Under the pieces are notes generated by a model. The model did not search any database. It was given only the letters and a program-made list of their open reading frames with translations, and was not told where the DNA came from. The position numbers and the translations under genes are program-made. From Eledone cirrhosa (lineage: Eukaryota), in NCBI GenBank assembly GCA_964016885.1, contig OZ024742.1, positions 24,862,001 to 24,926,000 of the forward strand: a stretch of 64,000 nucleotides of DNA, in the 5' to 3' direction. Each line of letters starts with the position of its first letter. The first letter of the stretch is position 1. Below are positions 57,901-64,000 of this stretch, in pieces.

Positions 57901-58920
57901 CACACTGGTTGAACATACACATACACTAACACACTGACTGAACATACACATACACTCACACACTGACTGAACATACACATACACTCACACACTAACTGAA
58001 CATAGACATACACTCACACACTGGTTGAACATACACATACACTAACACACTGACTCAACATACACATACACTCACACACTGACTGAACATACACATACAC
58101 TCACACACTGACTGAACATACACATACACTCACACACTAACTGAACATAGACATACACTCACACACTGGTTGAACATACACATACACTAACACACTGACT
58201 CAACATACACATACACTCACACACTGACTGAACATACACATACACTCACACACTGGCTGAACATACACATACACTCACACATTGATTGAACATACACATA
58301 CACTCACACACTGACTGAACATACACATACACTCACACACTGACTGAACATACACATACACTGATACACTGACTGAACATACACATACACTCACACACTG
58401 ACTGAACATACACATACACTCACACACTGACTGAACATACTCATACACTCATACACTGACTGAACATACACATACACTCACACACTGACTGAACATACAC
58501 ATACACTCACACACTGACTGAACATACTCATACACTCACACACTGACTGAACATACACATACACTCACACACTGACTGAACATACACATACACTCACACA
58601 CTGACTGAACATACACATACACTCATACACTGACTGAACATACACATACACTCATACACTGACTGAACATACACATACACTCACACATTAACTGAACATA
58701 CACATACACTCACACACTGACTGAACATACACATACACTCATACACTGACTGAACATACACATACACTCACACATTAACTGAACATACACATACACTCAC
58801 ACACTGACTGAACATACACATACACTCATACACTGACTGAACATACACATACACTCACACACTGACTGAACATACACATACTCTCACACACTGACTGAAC
58901 ATACACATACACTCACACAC
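51993..58920. repeat. Second instance of the nested 3451-bp tandem duplication
   Basis: GAGCAT 53708/57159, with the same variant order as 39636-46417. Confidence 0.9.
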
Positions 58921-61779
58921 TGACTGAACATACTCATACACTCATACACTGACTGAACATACACATACACTCACACACTGACTGAACATACACATACACT
59001 CACACACTGACTGAACATACTCATACACTCACACACTGACTGAACATACACATACACTCACACACTGACTGAACATACACATACACTCACACACTGACTG
59101 AACATACACATACACTCATACACTGACTGAACATACACATACACTCATACACTGACTGAACATACACATACACTCACACATTAACTGAACATACACATAC
59201 ACTCACACACTGACTGAACATACACATACACTCATACACTGACTGAACATACACATACACTCACACATTAACTGAACATACACATACACTCACACACTGA
59301 CTGAACATACACATACACTCATACACTGACTGAACATACACATACACTCACACACTGACTGAACATACACATACTCTCACACACTGACTGAACATACACA
59401 TACACTAACACACTGACTGAACATACACATACACTCACACACTGACTGACCATACACATACACTCACACATTGACTGAACATACAAATACACTCACACAC
59501 TGACTGAACATACACATACACTCACACATTGACTGAACATACACATACACTCACACACTGACTGAACATACACATACACTCACACACTGACTGAACATAC
59601 ACAAACACTCACACATGACTGAACATACACATACACTCACACACTGACTGAACATACACATACACTCACACACTGGCGGAAACATACACATACACTCACA
59701 CACTGACTGAACATACACATACACTCACACACTGACTGAACATACACATACACTCACACACTGACTGAACATACTCATACACTCACACACTGACTGAACA
59801 TACACATACACTCACACACTGACTGAACATACACATACACTCACACACTGACTGAACATACACATACACTCACACACTGACTGACCATACACATACACTC
59901 ACACACTGACTGAACATACACATACACTCACACATTGACTGAACAAACACATACACTCACACACTGACTGAACATACACATACACTCACACACTGACTGA
60001 ACATACACATACACTCACACACTGACTGAACATACACATACACTCACACACTGACTGAAACATACACATACTCTCACACACTGACTGAACATACACATAC
60101 AGTCACACACTAACTGAACATACACATACACTCACACACTGAGTGAACATACACATACACTCACACACTGGCTGAACATACATATACACTCACACACTGA
60201 CTGAACATGCACATACACTCACACACTGACTGAACATACATATACACTCACACACTGACTGAACATACACATACACTCACACACTGACTGAACATACAGA
60301 TACACTCACACATTAACTGAACATACACATACACTCACACATGACTGAACATACACATACACTCACACACTGACTGAAACATACACATACTATCACACAC
60401 TGACTGAACATACACATACACTCACACACTAACTGAACATACACATACACTCACACACTGACTGAACATACACATACACTCACACACTGACTGAACATAC
60501 ACATACACTCAGACACTAACTGAACATACACATACACTCACACACTGACTGAACATACACATACACTCACACACTGACTGAACATACACATACACTCACA
60601 CATTGCCTGAACATACACATACACTCACACACTGACTGAACATACACATACACTCACACACTGACTGAACATACATATACACTCACACACTGACTGAACA
60701 TACACATACACTCACATACTGACTGAACATACACATACACTCACACACTGACTGAAACATACACATACACTCACACACTGACTGAACATACACATACACT
60801 CACACACTGACTGAACATACACATACACTCACACACTGACTGAACATACACATACACTCACACACTGACTGAACATACATATACACTCACACACTGACTG
60901 AACATACACATACACTCACACACTGACTGAACATACACATACACTCACACATTAACTGAACATACACATACACTCACACATGACTGAATATACACATACA
61001 CTCACACACTGACTGAAACATACACATACTCTCACACACTGACTGAACATACACATACACTCACACACTAACTGAACATACATATACACTCACACATTGC
61101 CTGAACATACACATACACCCACACACTGACTGAACATACACATACACTCACACACTGACTGAAACATACACATACACTCACACACTGACTGAACATACAC
61201 ATACACTCACACACTGACTGAACATACACATACACTCACACACTGACTGAACATACATATACACTCACACATTGACTGAAACATACACATACACTCACAC
61301 ACTGACTGAACATACACATACACTCACACACTGACTGAACATACACATACACTCACACACTGACTGAACATACACATACACTCACACACTGACTGAATCA
61401 TACACATACACTCACACACTGACTGAACATACACATACACTCACACATTGACTGAACATACACATACACTCACACACTAACTGAACATACACATACACTC
61501 ACACACTGACTGAACATACACATACACTCACACACTGACTGAACATACACATACACTCACACATTGCCTGAACATACACATACACTCACACACTGACTGA
61601 ACATACACATACACTCACACACTGACTGAACATACACATACACTCACACACTGACTGAACATACATATACACTCACACACTGACTGAACATACACATACA
61701 CTCACACACTGACTGAACATACACATACACTCACACACTGACTGAACATACACATACACTCACACACTGACTGAACATA

Positions 61780-64000
61780 CACATACACTCACACACTGAC
61801 TGAACATACATATACACTCACACACTGACTGAACATACACATACACTCACACACTGACTGAACATACACATACACTCACACACTGACTGAAACATACACA
61901 TACACTCACACACTGACTGAACGTACACATACACTCACACACTGACTGAACATACACATACACTCACACACTGACTGAACATACATATACACTCACACAC
62001 TGGCTGAACATACACATACACTCACACATTAACTGAACATACACATACACTCACACATGACTGAACATACACATACACTCACACACTGACTGAAACATAC
62101 ACATACTCTCACACACTAACTGAACATACACATACACTCACACACTGACTGAAACATACACATACACTCACACACTAACTGAACATACACATACACTCAC
62201 ACACTGACTGAACATACACATACACTCACACACTGACTGAACATACACATACACTCACACACTGACTGAACATACACATACACTCACACACTGACTGAAC
62301 ATACACATACACTCACACACTGACTGAACATACACATACACTCACACAGTGACTGAAACATACACATACTCTCACACACTGACTGAACATACACATACAC
62401 TCACACACTAACTGAACATACACATACACTCACACACTGACTGAACATACACATACACTCACACACTGACTGAACATACACATACACTCACACACTGACT
62501 GAAACATACACATACACTCACACACTGACTGAACATACACATACACTCACACATTGACTGAACATACACATACTCTCACACACTGACTCAACATACACAA
62601 ACACTCACACATTGACTGAACATACACATACACTCACACACTAACTGAACATACACATACACTCACACACTGACTGAACATACACATACACTCACACACT
62701 AACTGAACATACACATACACTCACACACTGACTGAACATACACATACACTCATACACTGACTGAACATACACATACTCTCACACACTGACTCAACATACA
62801 CAAACACTCACACATTGACTGAACATACACATACACTCACACACTAACTGAACATACACATACACTCACACACTGACTGAACATACACATACACTCACAC
62901 ACTGACTGAACATACACATACACTCACACATTGCCTGAACATACACATACACTCACACACTGACTGAACATACACATACACTCACACACTGACTGAACAT
63001 ACACATACACTCACACACTGACTGAACATACATATACACTCACACACTGACTGAACATACACATACACTCACACACTGACTGAACATACATATACACTCA
63101 CACACTGACTGAACATACACATACACTCACACACTGACTGAACATACACATACACTCACACACTGACTGAAACATACACATACACTCACACACTGACTGA
63201 ACGTACACATACACTCACACACTGACTGAACATACACATACACTCACACACTGACTGAACATACATATACACTCACACACTGGCTGAACATACACATACA
63301 CTCACACATTAACTGAACATACACATACACTCACACATGACTGAACATACACATACACTCACACACTGACTGAAACATACACATACTCTCACACACTAAC
63401 TGAACATACACATACACTCACACACTGACTGAAACATACACATACACTCACACACTAACTGAACATACACATACACTCACACACTGACTGAACATACACA
63501 TACACTCACACACTGACTGAACATACACATACACTCACACACTGACTGAACATACACATACACTCACACACTGACTGAACATACACATACACTCACACAC
63601 TGACTGAACATACACATACACTCACACAGTGACTGAAACATACACATACTCTCACACACTGACTGAACATACACATACACTCACACACTAACTGAACATA
63701 CACATACACTCACACACTGACTGAACATACACATACACTCACACACTGACTGAACATACACATACACTCACACACTGACTGAAACATACACATACACTCA
63801 CACACTGACTGAACATACACATACACTCACACATTGACTGAACATACACATACTCTCACACACTGACTCAACATACACAAACACTCACACATTGACTGAA
63901 CATACACATACACTCACACACTAACTGAACATACACATACACTCACACACTGACTGAACATACACATACACTCACACACTAACTGAACATACACATACAC
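61780..64000. repeat. 1280-bp tandem duplication running off the window end
   Basis: AACGTAC at 61921/63201 and CACAGTGACTGAAAC with G at 62349/63629. Confidence 0.85.

Larger units (their letters stand above)
34065..58774. repeat. Tandem duplication, offset 12357 bp (~34065-46421 / ~46422-58774)
   Basis: GGCGGAAAC 36440/48797 and 38965/51322, GAGCAT 41351/53708 and 44802/57159, GAACCTAC 38451/50808. All are offset by exactly 12357. Confidence 0.92.
1..64000. repeat. Tandem satellite/minisatellite array, 29-bp monomer AACATACACATACACTCACACACTGACTG, ~2,200 copies, open at both window ends
   Basis: Monomers start at 1, 30, 59, ... and the pattern continues to 64000 with only point variants and occasional 27/28/30-bp monomers. 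Consensus composition is A12 C10 T5 G2 with no CpG. Confidence 0.99.

Noticed and set aside
1-64000. CRISPR array (repeat length 29 bp is in range)
   Set aside because: Monomers are directly adjacent with no unique spacers, and there is no leader or cas gene.
1-64000. Telomerase-made telomeric repeat (CA/TG strand bias, long yeast-type units)
   Set aside because: The consensus has no G-runs and matches no telomere repeat I know. Multi-kb inherited variant patterns point to recombinational amplification rather than templated addition. A subtelomeric location is not excluded.
1-64000. G-quadruplex, hairpin or strong Z-DNA structure
   Set aside because: There are no G-tracts and little self-complementarity. 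Purine-pyrimidine alternation lasts only ~14 nt, includes AT steps and is broken twice per monomer.
1-64000. RIP- or methylation-driven mutation signature (C>T and G>A variants are common)
   Set aside because: Transversions are also frequent, counts are inflated by duplication, and I cannot compute an independent-event spectrum by eye.

Overview
The whole 64 kb window is one uninterrupted head-to-tail tandem array (satellite or very long minisatellite) of a 29-bp CA-rich monomer, consensus AACATACACATACACTCACACACTGACTG. There are about 2,200 copies (64000/29), all in the same orientation, and the array runs off both edges. I see no genes, RNA genes, mobile elements, CRISPR spacers or unique sequence; the three listed ORFs are repeat-translation artefacts. 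The real information is in the order of variant monomers, which reveals nested higher-order duplications with offsets of 145, 406, 493, 580, 1280, 3451, 5426, 7950/~8900, 11897 and 12357 bp, plus deletions and mosaic junctions in whole-monomer register. I found no convincing new protein-coding system. The best leads are the array's recombination history and the motif content of the monomer, and any function for those motifs is inference. A eukaryotic origin is likely but cannot be fixed from the sequence. Block boundaries were read by eye and are approximate (about one or two monomers).
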